Source: an uncultured candidate division Zixibacteria bacterium (lineage in GTDB: Bacteria; Zixibacteria; MSB-5A5; UBA10806; 4484-95). From it: a stretch of 64,000 bases of DNA. Position 1 is the first letter of the stretch; each line of letters starts with the position of its first letter. The DNA lies in the NCBI GenBank assembly GCA_963668625.2, contig CAXXKA010000006.1, positions 704,001 to 768,000 on the forward strand, read 5' to 3'. The notes under the pieces are model-generated. The model saw only the letters and a list, made by a program, of their open reading frames with translations, did not search any database and had not been told where the DNA came from. This document shows, piece by piece, positions 1 to 11,112 of the stretch. Both the position numbers and the translations under genes were made by a program.

Positions 1-578
1 AAACCGCCTTTATCCATCTCATGCATAACCGCGATTATAAAGTGGGGGAAATCGCGGTGCCCCATGAAAACCTCACTGACATAAATGCCTTTCAGCCGTA
101 CCTCATGAAACCAATCCTGATCGGCATAAGATTTACTCTTGAGATTATAGGGGCCAACGTAGGTTCCCTGTATGCCGTCCGCGTCGATTATTCCGAGATC
201 GACAAATCCGCCGAAAGACTCTTTCATAATTCTGAACAAACGGGTGAGCTTTTCCTGATCGGTAAGCTCTTGATAGGTTTTATCCCGAATGATCATATCC
301 AGTGCGGCTCGCCTTTTAGCGATAAATGATGACAGCGAATGATGAGTATTGGAGGTAAGTCTCGAGATCGGATATATCATTTCCTCCTCGAAAACTTTCT
401 TGTACTGATAGTAATTTATAGCGGTCATTATTATCAGCGGTGTAATCGATACGAATGCCGTAAGGAACACGAACTTTTTCCATAAACGCCGGTATCTGCT
501 CCAGCCGCCTTCAGGAACGGAATCAGAACTTATGTAGATAGGGAGTACGTACTGAAGGATTTTACTAAAGACAGTCAT
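1..578 (-). CDS. Membrane sensor histidine kinase, N-terminal TM + Cache domain (runs off window start)
   Basis: Not in ORF track; manual translation from ATG 578: MTVFSKIL...FLTAFVSITPLIIMTAINYYQY...FVDLGIID...YVGPYNL...DWFHEV...VFMGHRDFPHFIIAV; lies downstream of a receiver gene. Confidence 0.8.
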   Translation of the reverse strand, partial: MTVFSKILQYVLPIYISSDSVPEGGWSRYRRLWKKFVFLTAFVSITPLIIMTAINYYQYKKVFEEEMIYPISRLTSNTHHSLSSFIAKRRAALDMIIRDKTYQELTDQEKLTRLFRIMKESFGGFVDLGIIDADGIQGTYVGPYNLKSKSYADQDWFHEVRLKGIYVSEVFMGHRDFPHFIIAVMHEMDKGG

Positions 579-642
579 TTATTCCGTTTTCCAATAATTA
601 CTCTAACTCGTTTTTGACAGCAATCCGAAATATCCCGGATAT

Positions 643-1860
643 CTATCGCGAATCTTGAGAATCCTTTATTTTCTTATAGGCCTGCTTCATCGTATCCGAT
701 AGTTTATCGATATCAACGGGTTTTTGAAGATACGCGAATGCACCGAGATCCTCGGCCAGTTGCTGCTCTCTGTCGGAGCCATGCCCGGTCAGGATAATTA
801 CCTCGACATTCGGGTGGCTTTGTTTTACCTTCCTCAATACCTCGATTCCATCGATTCCAGGCATTTTCAAATCGAGAACCATTACCTCGGGCTCTTCTCC
901 TTCAACGAAATCCAGGGCTTCTTCGCCGTCGTATACGACAGCCGATTCCAGGCTTCTGGATTGGAGACGTTCCGATAAGGTGTGAACGAACTCTTTCTCA
1001 TCATCTACCAACAACACTTTTTGCGGCAGCTCGAAATTATCTGTGGGATAAATAGATGGCACATGAAATTTAGGGCCGACTTTAACCGTAATTTCCTTGA
1101 TATCGGGAACGGTCACGGCGGTTTCCTCTATCTCTTTTTTCCTCTGCTCGAGCCTCTGGATGAATTTATTGATGAGAACCGTGACATGTCCATCCGCACA
1201 TTCGACTTCCAAATTGGAGTATTTATCTATTAATACCTCGTTTACCTGTGAGGCTAACAAAAAATCCCGGGCGGCGGTTTTGGATTTGTCGGTTGTCTTG
1301 ACTGCATCCTTTTGAGCATTCTTTATAATATTTTCGACAGCTTGCTCGACGCTGCTATCCTGCATCGGGTAGAGAATATCGTAAAGCTCTTCATCCCAGG
1401 GACTAAGACCTTTGACGAATTGCGACCATTGAAAACTTTTGCTATCGAATTTTCTTATGAGATTGTCAGCATCTTTTTCCGATATGCGGTCGGTTTTAAC
1501 CGCGTTATTGACCCTGTACTTCAAATCGGCAATAATGCAAACTCGCAGCACATGAGGTATCGTATCCGGCAAGAGCAGGGTGTTAAAACCATGCACTACA
1601 AGGTTGTCTTTCTGGATTTCCTCGGCTAAAGTCGTTTGCAGATAAGCCGCGAATTTCTCTCGTTCGCGTGTCAACCGATTGAAAAACGGTGTTGGCCCGT
1701 GTAAAGTTTTCTCGAGTTTGCTGACCTGGATACTGTGTTTTTTTGCGGTTTTTTCCAGTATCTCATTTTCTATATAATCATATCCCAATTTCTCGGCGAT
1801 CCCGGATGCTATGTCATCGCCTCCACAATATGATCCGCTGAAAATAGCAATAACAGCCAT
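643..1860 (-). CDS. Cytidylate-kinase-like domain + C-terminal response-regulator receiver
   Basis: N-term IAIFSGSYCGG P-loop-like; C-term VLLVDDE, VLDLKMPG, LTGHG, YLQKP. Confidence 0.85.
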   Translation of the reverse strand: MAVIAIFSGSYCGGDDIASGIAEKLGYDYIENEILEKTAKKHSIQVSKLEKTLHGPTPFFNRLTREREKFAAYLQTTLAEEIQKDNLVVHGFNTLLLPDTIPHVLRVCIIADLKYRVNNAVKTDRISEKDADNLIRKFDSKSFQWSQFVKGLSPWDEELYDILYPMQDSSVEQAVENIIKNAQKDAVKTTDKSKTAARDFLLASQVNEVLIDKYSNLEVECADGHVTVLINKFIQRLEQRKKEIEETAVTVPDIKEITVKVGPKFHVPSIYPTDNFELPQKVLLVDDEKEFVHTLSERLQSRSLESAVVYDGEEALDFVEGEEPEVMVLDLKMPGIDGIEVLRKVKQSHPNVEVIILTGHGSDREQQLAEDLGAFAYLQKPVDIDKLSDTMKQAYKKIKDSQDSR

Positions 1861-2250
1861 TAACGGCTCCTCTTGATTTTAATTTAAATGAACAGGTAAT
1901 TATAATATAATTATTACACTATTTAAGCAAGATAATTTTGTGCTTTATTGCCTGCCGAGGTCTGCTATGAGATTTCATATCACAGCCTTATATGGGATTC
2001 AGTCGGGTTAGTATGAATAGTGGTCTTCGTTCGGTGGGCAGCTCGTGTAAAAGGCTTTGTCAACAATCCCGGTGCTTCGCCACGAGAGGGTAGAGGTCTG
2101 ACACTAGCGTACTATTTACTGTGATAATAATATTCGGGGAAACTCTCAATAAGTAATGGCTTGCATTTTAATTGTTTTTTAATTAATGTGAGTAACTCAT
2201 GGCTTGGATTCGTAAGGAACAGCAGGTGTATTTTATATCTGCATTACTAA

Positions 2251-4308
2251 TTGCCAAATAATTCTAAGATGATTAAGTACTTCTTCACAAAACTCCGCGA
2301 ACTACATGCCGATATCCGTCAAACCGAACATATATATATGGTGCTGGCTGCGCTTTTGATCGGATTATTAGGCGGCTTCTCGGCGGTTGGTTTCAGGAAA
2401 CTGATTTCCCTGGGGCAGGATATTTTTTGGTGGCAGAGTGATTACACTCTCGAATACATTCGCAGTTTGCCCTGGTTATGGAAAGTATCGATACCAGCGG
2501 TAGGCGGATTTATCGTAGGCCTGATCGTTTACTATCTCGCTCGGGAGGCTAAGGGCCATGGCGTCCCCGAGGTCATGGAGGCGGTATCATTGCGGGGAGG
2601 GCGAATTCGTCCGCGAGTCGTGATAGCTAAAATGTTTGCCTCGGCGGTATGTATAGCCTCCGGTGGGTCGGTAGGGCGAGAGGGGCCGATAGTCCAAATC
2701 GGCTCGACTATAGGATCGAGTTTAGGGCAATATCTCAAAATAGATGAGAGGCGGCTTCGAACACTGGTTGGCTGTGGTGCGGCAGCGGGTATCGCCGCCA
2801 CTTTCAACGCCCCGGTAGCTGGAGCTTTGTTCGCGGTTGAGATTATTCTCGGAGATTTCGGCGTTTCTCAGTTTTCGCCAATTGTCATATCCTCGGTTGC
2901 CGCGACAGTCATCAGCCGTTTATTTTTTGGTGATTCACCGGCCTTCGCCGTGCCCTCGTACAGCCTGATTAATGTCTTTGAACTGGTCATCTATGCCTTC
3001 TTAGGTATTTGCGCGGGGCTGGCATCGATACTGTTCATAAAAGCTCTATATGGATTAGAGGATATTTTCGATAAGATAAAGCTATATTTCCCGTTAAAGA
3101 CCGCATTCGGCGGTTTGATCATAGGCCTAATAGCCTTGAAATTCCCGGAGATATTCGGAGTTGGCTATGAAACAATAAACAGCGCTCTTCATGCGGATAT
3201 GGTCTGGTGGTTGCTCTTGACCCTGATGCTGGCAAAAATACTGGCGGTATCTATTACGATCGGCTCCGGTGGGTCGGGTGGGATATTCGCTCCCTCTCTT
3301 TTTATAGGGGCTATGATGGGCGGAGCTATCGGTACGGCGGCTAATCTTATCTGGCCGGGCAGTGTGGCCAATCCCGGGGCTTATGCGCTGGTCGGTATGG
3401 GAGCCGTTGTCGCCGGCGCGACTCATGCTCCTATAACTGCCATCTTGATCATCTTCGAGTTAACGAGTGATTATAAAATAATACTGCCCTTGATGATAAG
3501 CTGTATAATCGCCACTATTTTAGCGGGCCGCTTGAACAAAGCCTCGATCTACTCTCTGAAACTTTTAAGGAGAGGTATAGATATTCACGAGGGGCAATCA
3601 CCAAACGTGCTGAAGAATATCAAAGTCAGCCAGATAATGCGATTTACGATAGTTAAAGTTAATGCCAATACGCAATTGATGTCCATAATTTCGAAATTTA
3701 TCGAATATCCTGGAAAATCTATATTCGTAACCGATGAAGAAAATCACTTACAGGGCGTTATTACCCTCGATAAAATCCGGCCGATTATCTCGGATTCGCA
3801 GGGATTGAGTGGACTTATAATCGCGCAGGATTTGATGATCTGCGAGGATTATCCTACTTTTAACTCGAACGACAGTTTAGCCGAGGTAATGAAACAACTG
3901 GGTAGTTACAGCTCTGAGGCGCCGGTAATAGAAAACGGCAAGATTGTCGGTAGTATTTGGCCCGAGGATGTGATAATGAAATACAATGCCGAGATATTCA
4001 AAAGAGATATGGCAATGGGTATGGCCTCGAATATTACCTCGCAACAGCAGATTGAATCCCTGCCGGGCATTGGAGACCTGGCTGTCGCGGAAATCCCGGT
4101 ACCCTCCAATTTTAATAGTAAAAGCATTGCTGAATTGAATATTCGTAAGGAGTTTGATGCCACTATACTGATGATAAAGCATAAAGAAAACGGTCAGAAT
4201 ATAATAACCGAATCGATTCCTAGCGCTGACACCATTCTTCACTTTGGCGATATAATGCTGGCAATGGGCTCTAAAATTAGCCTGACTAAATTGAGGCGAG
4301 GCAGATAA
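2251..4308 (+). CDS. ClC chloride channel/antiporter with CBS pair and TrkA-C domain
   Basis: GHGVPE, GREGP, GAAAGIAATFNAP, GGIFAP motifs; C-terminal SIAELNIRKEFDATILMI; true start may be ATG 2269. Confidence 0.9.
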   Translation: MPNNSKMIKYFFTKLRELHADIRQTEHIYMVLAALLIGLLGGFSAVGFRKLISLGQDIFWWQSDYTLEYIRSLPWLWKVSIPAVGGFIVGLIVYYLAREAKGHGVPEVMEAVSLRGGRIRPRVVIAKMFASAVCIASGGSVGREGPIVQIGSTIGSSLGQYLKIDERRLRTLVGCGAAAGIAATFNAPVAGALFAVEIILGDFGVSQFSPIVISSVAATVISRLFFGDSPAFAVPSYSLINVFELVIYAFLGICAGLASILFIKALYGLEDIFDKIKLYFPLKTAFGGLIIGLIALKFPEIFGVGYETINSALHADMVWWLLLTLMLAKILAVSITIGSGGSGGIFAPSLFIGAMMGGAIGTAANLIWPGSVANPGAYALVGMGAVVAGATHAPITAILIIFELTSDYKIILPLMISCIIATILAGRLNKASIYSLKLLRRGIDIHEGQSPNVLKNIKVSQIMRFTIVKVNANTQLMSIISKFIEYPGKSIFVTDEENHLQGVITLDKIRPIISDSQGLSGLIIAQDLMICEDYPTFNSNDSLAEVMKQLGSYSSEAPVIENGKIVGSIWPEDVIMKYNAEIFKRDMAMGMASNITSQQQIESLPGIGDLAVAEIPVPSNFNSKSIAELNIRKEFDATILMIKHKENGQNIITESIPSADTILHFGDIMLAMGSKISLTKLRRGR

Positions 4309-4634
4309 AATTATCTTATTCTAAACGCTAAGTCATTAAAAGTATTGAGTATTTTCGATCTGAACTCTTACTAGTAATTATTCAACGAATATCCTATTAT
4401 AAAGAAATCATCACATAAAAAAGCCAGAATTAAGCCTTATCTATTAATTAGTGTTCCTCTTTGCGCCATAGTAATGAGATATGTATCAATCAGTTAATTG
4501 TATTGGTACTTATTATGTTAATTATATACAGTATTTGAAACCATTGAAAAGATGAAATATAAAGCAGCTTCTTTAATAAGCCGAAATAGTTTTAAAGGAT
4601 CGCGAATTTATCGTTAACAGGAATAGAGATAACT

Positions 4635-5801
4635 ATGTCATCAATGGCTGAGATGGTCGAGAACAATGTGATGGATGTGCTTTCGGGAAGAACAGACAAT
4701 AGAAATCCTCACGAAGCAGTCGCGGACTTTGCCCGGCAAGTATTGCAGCCGGATATGGCTCTGGTAGTAGTTTTTGTCGCGCCCGGTCATGATCTCGATA
4801 AAATGGGGCTGCTGTTTAAGGCGTCATTCCCCGATTGCCCGGTTATAGGTTGTACCACCTCCGGAGAAATTACACCGGATGGCTACTCGGAAAATTCGGT
4901 TACCGGCTTTAGTTTATCGGGTAAAAATACCAAGGCCAAGCCGTACGCGATCGAATCGGTAAAAAACCTTCAACCGGAAACCATACAGTCGATTAAAGAT
5001 GATGCCAGAAAAAAAATCAGCAATTTTCACAAGAATCATAAAAACTCGAATGAGTTCGCTTTGTTTTTCGTGGATGGCATGTCCGGGGCGGAGGAGAGAA
5101 GTGTCGCGTTACTGTACCAGGCGCTACAGAACATACCGCTGATTGGTGGTTCGGCCGGCGATAATCTCAGATTCAAAGAAACATTCGTTTTGGTAGATGG
5201 CGAATTTAAAACGGATGCGGCCGTAGCAACACTGATTTGCACAACCTTGCCGTTCGAGACATTTAAAACTCAACATTTTATTCCAACCGAAACGAAACTG
5301 GTAATCACCAGCGCTGATCCCTCGACGCGCACGGTGTATGAGATAAACGGACTGCCTGCGGCCGAGGAGTACGCCCGTTTGATCGGAGTAAGTCAGCAGG
5401 GATTATTGCCCGCCGTGTTTTCCCGATTCCCGCTGATGCTGCGAATCGGCGGAGAGTACTATGTCAGGTCTCTCCAGAAAAAAAACGATGACGGCAGCCT
5501 GACATTCTATTGTGCAATAGATAACGGACTGGTACTTACCATCGGTAAAGGCGTTGACCTGGTAGAAAATCTTAACCAGGCGCTCATGGATGTTTCCTCA
5601 CGGGTGAAAGACCCTCAACTGTTGATTACTTGCGAATGTATCTTAAGACGAGTTGAGGTTTTACAGGATGGCCTGACCGACAGGGTTGATGATATACTGA
5701 AAAAATATAACGCAATAGGTTTTCATTCTTATGGCGAACAGTTCAACGCCGTTCATGTCAATCAAACATTCTCGGGCGTGATGATAGGTCGAAAACAATG
5801 A
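4635..5801 (+). CDS. nosP: FIST-domain (NosP-like) sensor protein
   Basis: IGCTTSGEI, GGSAGD, EINGLPAAEEY, YYVRS, LTFYCAI, CECILR, GFHSYGEQ...HVNQT. Confidence 0.85.
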   Translation: MSSMAEMVENNVMDVLSGRTDNRNPHEAVADFARQVLQPDMALVVVFVAPGHDLDKMGLLFKASFPDCPVIGCTTSGEITPDGYSENSVTGFSLSGKNTKAKPYAIESVKNLQPETIQSIKDDARKKISNFHKNHKNSNEFALFFVDGMSGAEERSVALLYQALQNIPLIGGSAGDNLRFKETFVLVDGEFKTDAAVATLICTTLPFETFKTQHFIPTETKLVITSADPSTRTVYEINGLPAAEEYARLIGVSQQGLLPAVFSRFPLMLRIGGEYYVRSLQKKNDDGSLTFYCAIDNGLVLTIGKGVDLVENLNQALMDVSSRVKDPQLLITCECILRRVEVLQDGLTDRVDDILKKYNAIGFHSYGEQFNAVHVNQTFSGVMIGRKQ

Positions 5802-8134
5802 CGGATGTGAAAACATTACAGAGCCGCATCGAGGAACTCGAAAGTGAAGTCGCCAGGCTGAACAAGGTAAACTCGGTTCTCATGTATCGTGTGGAGCATA
5901 GCCTGGATAATTCGGGTGATGCTTACTCTCTATTCGAATCGAATATACTACTTCAAAAAACCGTGAATCACCAGACGAGCGAGTTGAAGAAGGAGATGAT
6001 CGAAAGGGAGAAGATAGCGCTTCAGCTTCGCGAATCGCGCCAGAGACTTTTATTGCATATGCAGCAAACTCTATTCGGAGTTATCGAATGGGACAGCAGT
6101 TTTAAATTCATCGAATGGAATAAAGCTGCCGAGAAGATATTCGGTTATACTCGTGAAGAAGTGATTGGGAAGCATCCATTCGGAATGCTTTATCTGGATG
6201 ATCTTCAGGACTACGTGAATGATATTTTCAAGAATATGCATGAAACCCGGAGCAGTTCGAGAAGCGTCAACGAGAATACCACGAAAGACGGCAAGTTAAT
6301 TATCTGCGATTGGTACAATACGCCGCTTGTCGATGATAACGGTAAATTAATGGGCATGGCTTCCCTGGTGCAGGATATCACCGAACGTATCACTAACGAA
6401 AACGAGAGGAAGCTCCGTCTGGAACGAGTACAGAAACAACGTTACGCTATCGGCCGCATGACAACCGACGAGCAAATCGTGGCCGGCGATTTTAAAAGCG
6501 CTGTAAGGACAATCAATGAGATCGTGTCGACTGCACTCGATGTCGACAGGGTCAGCTTTTGGAAATACGACAAAGAATTCTCGCAAGGTGAATGTGTTGA
6601 TCTGTATGAATCATCAAAAGGGATACATAAACAGGGGATAATACTAAAAACCTGCGATTTTCCAGAGTATTTTAAATCGTTGAAAGAAGACAGAGTGATT
6701 GTCAGTGACGATGCCTGGACGGATGAGCGATTGGGAGAGTTCACCGATTCGTATCATAAACCGTTAAATATATCCTCGAAATTAGATATCGCTGTTCGGG
6801 TTTCCGGAAAGCTAATCGGTGTCGTGTGCAACGAACATACAGGCGAACCCCGAGTCTGGCAAAGCGATGAGATAGCCTTTGCCGATGAGATATCCAGTTT
6901 GCTATCCCAGGTTTATTCCAACGCCAAACGCAAACGAAGCGAACAACAGAAACGCCAACTTCAAGACCGCCTCGAAAGAGCTGAGAGAATGGAGTCCCTC
7001 GGTATACTGGCGGGGGGAGTGGCGCACGACCTGAACAATATCCTCGGCCCCGTTGTCGGATATTCCGAGTTGATTCTATTGCAACTGGGTGAGGATAACA
7101 AAATAGCCCGGCAGGTCGATAGGATAAACAGATCGGCCCAGGATGCTGCCGATGTCATCCAGGACCTCCTGACTCTGGCTCGACGCGGTCGTTACGAGAT
7201 GGTGCCGCTCAGTTTAAACAAGATCGTTACCAATTTCGTCGAATCGCCGACTTTTCTAAATCTGGCAATGAAGAATATGGAAATCGAGATTGCCGTAAAT
7301 CTCGATGATTCGATCGGCAAAATGTCAGGATCATCTCCGCATCTCTCAAAAGTTGTGATGAACCTGATCATAAACGCTTTCGATGCAATCCCCGGAGAGG
7401 GCCTTGTTACGATATCGACATCACAGCATTATCTCGAGTTTCTATCAAACGGTCATACTCTGGGAGAGCTTGCCGGAGAATACGTAACACTTAGTATCGT
7501 CGATACCGGCAATGGTATACCCTCGGAAAACCTGGCAAAGATATTCGAACCCTACTATTCCAAGAAAAAGATGGGTAAAAATAGTGGCAGCGGTCTGGGG
7601 CTTTCGGTAGTGTATGGCGTTGTAAAAGATCATAAAGGATTTTACGATATAATAACCTCGCCAGGTAATGGAACGGAATTCCGGTTGTATTTCCCTGTCT
7701 TGAATGTTACTGATGATTGGCAAGAGACTATCGAAACCGAAATGGGCGGTACGGAATCGATACTCGTTATCGATGATAATGAGGGACAGCGGGATGTTGC
7801 AACCGAACTGATAAGTAGTATGGGATATGAGGTTGTTGCGGCATCGGGCGGCGAGGAAGCGATTGAGTATCTCAAAGAACATTCCGTCGATCTGGTGCTT
7901 CTTGATATGATAATGGATCCCGGTATTGACGGTCTGGATACGTATCGGGAGATTATAAAGTTACACCCCGGCCAGAAAGCTATTATCGCCAGCGGTTTTT
8001 CGGCAACCGACAGGGTTGAGGAAATGCAAAAGCTCGGTGCCGGTAAATATATCAAGAAACCATATACCCGGCAACTCCTGGGCCGGGCTATCAGGGAAGA
8101 ACTTAGCTATCAAATGGCGCCTGCGGCTATTTGA
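5798..8134 (+). CDS. Hybrid histidine kinase (coiled coil-PAS-GAF-HisKA-HATPase-REC), NahK-like
   Basis: AHDLNNIL H-box, NLIINAFDA, DTGNGI, GSGLGLS, C-terminal receiver; 4-bp overlap with FIST gene. Confidence 0.9.
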   Translation: MTDVKTLQSRIEELESEVARLNKVNSVLMYRVEHSLDNSGDAYSLFESNILLQKTVNHQTSELKKEMIEREKIALQLRESRQRLLLHMQQTLFGVIEWDSSFKFIEWNKAAEKIFGYTREEVIGKHPFGMLYLDDLQDYVNDIFKNMHETRSSSRSVNENTTKDGKLIICDWYNTPLVDDNGKLMGMASLVQDITERITNENERKLRLERVQKQRYAIGRMTTDEQIVAGDFKSAVRTINEIVSTALDVDRVSFWKYDKEFSQGECVDLYESSKGIHKQGIILKTCDFPEYFKSLKEDRVIVSDDAWTDERLGEFTDSYHKPLNISSKLDIAVRVSGKLIGVVCNEHTGEPRVWQSDEIAFADEISSLLSQVYSNAKRKRSEQQKRQLQDRLERAERMESLGILAGGVAHDLNNILGPVVGYSELILLQLGEDNKIARQVDRINRSAQDAADVIQDLLTLARRGRYEMVPLSLNKIVTNFVESPTFLNLAMKNMEIEIAVNLDDSIGKMSGSSPHLSKVVMNLIINAFDAIPGEGLVTISTSQHYLEFLSNGHTLGELAGEYVTLSIVDTGNGIPSENLAKIFEPYYSKKKMGKNSGSGLGLSVVYGVVKDHKGFYDIITSPGNGTEFRLYFPVLNVTDDWQETIETEMGGTESILVIDDNEGQRDVATELISSMGYEVVAASGGEEAIEYLKEHSVDLVLLDMIMDPGIDGLDTYREIIKLHPGQKAIIASGFSATDRVEEMQKLGAGKYIKKPYTRQLLGRAIREELSYQMAPAAI

Positions 8135-8317
8135 ATTCATTCATATACCATTAATATCCGGTCTTTTCATACATAATCATTACTTGCACTTAGCTTATGG
8201 CAACAATTCTAAATTAACCGATCAGAAATTCATATATACTCAAATGCAGCTCACTATTCGCAAAAATATCACTCTCTCGAATTCGGGCGCTGTTTATTTC
8301 CCTGGTAGCCTGCCGCT

Positions 8318-8454
8318 GGGATTGTTGAAAATACTCACTGAGCAGGAAGGAATCCTTTCATTCCTGATGTTTTCATGTAGCAAGTTGCCAGGAAAGAATA
8401 AATGAACGATTTCGTCCGCCTGCGGTTCATAGAGTTAACTTTTTCAATAACCCC
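8318..8454. mobile_element. ~140-bp MITE (family C), TIR GGG(A/T)TGTTGAAAA...TTTTCAA(C/T)AACCC
   Basis: Terminal inverted repeats; related copies at 47010, 48539, 63118; partial copies near 2050-2070 and 11144. Confidence 0.7.
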
Positions 8455-8691
8455 CTGCGCTTCGTAACGATAGTGCAAGGGCTGGATACCGGTGTGTATA
8501 CGAAGTTCGTAATATAACAGCCAGAGAATATTCCTGTCATCATTCCCTAAGTATTTATCTTGTAACCTTTTGGCGTTTATAGCCGAGATTTATTTATATA
8601 TAAATATTTCGTGCGTAAAAAACATTTGTTCTTGAAGCGCGTATTGTTATATGTTTGCCTACCGGGATTAGGAAGGAGCAGGTGGGAGTAA

Positions 8692-9456
8692 GTGAATAGC
8701 TTTTTTAAGATGCTCGTTGAGCTCTACAGATATACTATATTTCTTGGCAAGATAGCGGCCTCGTTATTCACCCGGCCGTTTTATATAAAGGAGATTTTCG
8801 AGCAGCTGTACCAGTTAGGCTATAAATCGCTGCCTATCGTTACCCTGACGGCGTTTTTTACGGGAATGGTTATAGCGTTTCAAACCGGCACCGAGATGAG
8901 CCGTTTCGGCGCGAAAGCATACATCGGCTCTGTGGTGGGAATATCGCTGGTGCGAGAATTGGGGCCGGTACTGACAGCGCTGGTAGTTGCCGGACGAGTC
9001 GGGGCGGGTATCACGGCCGAACTGGGTTCGATGCAGGTCACCGATCAGGTAAATGCCATGCGAGCGATGGCCACCGATCCCTACAAAAAACTGGTGAATA
9101 CGCGTGTTGGCGCATTATTATTGATGCTACCGATACTGGTGGCCGTAGCCGATGTCCTCGGTATTATAGGTGGTGGTTTTATCGCGGTAACGAATCTGAA
9201 CGTAGGTTTGGAGATGTATCGTTCGACCATATTCGACTCGCTGCAAACAGCCGATTTGATATCAGGCTTAACTAAACCTGTCGTGTTTGCGTTTATCATT
9301 GGTACCGTTGGATGTTTCCTGGGGATAAACGCCTCGGGCGGAACCAAGGGCGTCGGTAATTCGACTACGTTATCGGTGGTGGTATCCTCGGTACTGATAT
9401 TCCTGTTCGATTTCATTCTGACAAAGCTATTTTTCATTCTGGAGGGGCCGATTTGA
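8692..9456 (+). CDS. mlaE: MlaE-family ABC permease
   Basis: RELGPVLTALVVAGRVGAGITAELGSM, GVGNSTT. Confidence 0.92.
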   Translation: MNSFFKMLVELYRYTIFLGKIAASLFTRPFYIKEIFEQLYQLGYKSLPIVTLTAFFTGMVIAFQTGTEMSRFGAKAYIGSVVGISLVRELGPVLTALVVAGRVGAGITAELGSMQVTDQVNAMRAMATDPYKKLVNTRVGALLLMLPILVAVADVLGIIGGGFIAVTNLNVGLEMYRSTIFDSLQTADLISGLTKPVVFAFIIGTVGCFLGINASGGTKGVGNSTTLSVVVSSVLIFLFDFILTKLFFILEGPI

Positions 9457-10199
9457 TTAGGCTGGAGAATGTAAACCAGAAATTCGGCGAAAAGATAGTG
9501 CTCAGCGATCTCACTGCTGAATTCAGCAGCGGCGAGACGACTGTGGTACTGGGGCGTTCGGGCACGGGTAAAAGTGTCATGCTTAAAATAGTGTTGCGCC
9601 TGATGCCTATTGAGAGTGGCAGGATATATATCGATGAGATAGATACCACGGATTTCGGCGAACATGAGATGATGCCTTTTCGTAAGAATATGGGGATGCT
9701 CTTCCAGGGCTCGGCGCTGTTTGATTCGATGAATGTATACCAGAATGTAGCTTATTCTCTTCACGAACATACCCGGATGACCGAATCGGATATCCGGGAG
9801 AGGGTGAAAGAGAAGCTGAGTTTCGTGGAGATGGACGGAACCGAGGAATTATTACCCTCGGAGCTTTCCGGCGGAATGCAGAAAAGGATTGCATTAGCCC
9901 GCGCTCTGGCCAATAATCCCGATTATATCTTTTTCGATGAGCCGACCACTGGACTCGATCCCATTACGGCTCAAACGATTAACGAGTTGATAAAGAGAGT
10001 TAGCGATTATACCGATTCAACTGTAATAGTAGTAACGCATGATCTGGAAAGCGCTGCGTTTGTCGCTCAGAAAGTTATCCTTCTAAAAGAAGGCAAAGTG
10101 CATTTCGAGGGCGTTTACGATGATTTCCTCCATAGCGATGACGAGTTCGTGAGGCTGTTCAGATCAGGCGGGAAGGCAGATATCAAAAATGGCAAATAA
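9453..10199 (+). CDS. mlaF: MlaF/Mkl-family ABC ATPase
   Basis: GRSGTGKS, LFQGSALFDSM, LSGGMQKR, DEPTTGLDP. Confidence 0.92.
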   Translation: MIRLENVNQKFGEKIVLSDLTAEFSSGETTVVLGRSGTGKSVMLKIVLRLMPIESGRIYIDEIDTTDFGEHEMMPFRKNMGMLFQGSALFDSMNVYQNVAYSLHEHTRMTESDIRERVKEKLSFVEMDGTEELLPSELSGGMQKRIALARALANNPDYIFFDEPTTGLDPITAQTINELIKRVSDYTDSTVIVVTHDLESAAFVAQKVILLKEGKVHFEGVYDDFLHSDDEFVRLFRSGGKADIKNGK

Positions 10200-11112
10200 T
10201 ACGAGGAAGGAAATACGGGTCGGGGCGATGATCGCTCTGGGGCTCGTTATCATATTCTCCGCGTTTTTTATAATCGGCGGCAAGGATGGTTTATTCTCCA
10301 AGCGCTACAAGCTATATGCTCGATTCGATAATATCCAGGGTCTGACTATCGGAGCGCCGGTAAGACTTGGCGGCTGGAAAGTCGGCACGGTCAATTCAAT
10401 CGAATTCACCGATGACGCCAAAGGCGAGGCTATCATCATAATGATGACTATCGATTACAAGAGCTTCATCAGAATTCGCGAGGACTCCCGCGCCAGACTT
10501 GGCAGCATGGGACTTCTGGGCGACAGGACATTGGATATATCACTCGGCTCGCCTGAATTTCGACCTCTGGCGCCGGGTGAGTTTATCCCGGTTCAGAGTG
10601 GTGATGTTATCAAAGATGTCGAAGCTATCGCTTCGAACGCCAAGGAGATCAGCCAGAAAATTAATGAGGGTGACGGAAGTTTTTCTAAGATAATCAATGA
10701 TCCCCGCTTATATACTAATATCGATTCGCTGCTTTTAATCTGGACCGATATCAGTAATAAAATCAACATGGGCGAGGGCAATGTCGCGAAACTGTTTAAC
10801 GACCCTAAACTATATAATAATGTTAACCTGTTCTTGAAAAAATCCAACGAGTTAATGGACAACGTAAACGCAGGGCAAGGAACATTAGGCAAGCTCGCCA
10901 CCGATGACAAGCTTTATACGCACACCGACAGCCTGTTAGCGCAGTTAAACACCACGCTGGAGAAGATCAACTCAGGCGAGGGTACCATGGGGCAGCTAAT
11001 GGTAAACCAGGATTTATACATGAAACTGGATAAAACCCTTGGCTCACTCGACAGCCTGCTGATCGATTTACGAGAAAATCCGGGCCGCTACGTGAAGCTG
11101 TCGCTGTTTTAA
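10189..11112 (+). CDS. mlaD: MlaD/MCE-domain protein
   Basis: N-terminal TM, GLTIGAPVRLGGWKVGTV, GLLGDR, repeated GxGTLGKL helical units. Confidence 0.9.
   Translation: MANNTRKEIRVGAMIALGLVIIFSAFFIIGGKDGLFSKRYKLYARFDNIQGLTIGAPVRLGGWKVGTVNSIEFTDDAKGEAIIIMMTIDYKSFIRIREDSRARLGSMGLLGDRTLDISLGSPEFRPLAPGEFIPVQSGDVIKDVEAIASNAKEISQKINEGDGSFSKIINDPRLYTNIDSLLLIWTDISNKINMGEGNVAKLFNDPKLYNNVNLFLKKSNELMDNVNAGQGTLGKLATDDKLYTHTDSLLAQLNTTLEKINSGEGTMGQLMVNQDLYMKLDKTLGSLDSLLIDLRENPGRYVKLSLF

Noticed and set aside
2100-2250. Fluoride riboswitch / CLC-F exporter
   Set aside because: No fluoride-riboswitch core seen; the protein has GHGVP/GREGP rather than the GNNLI/GREGT signature
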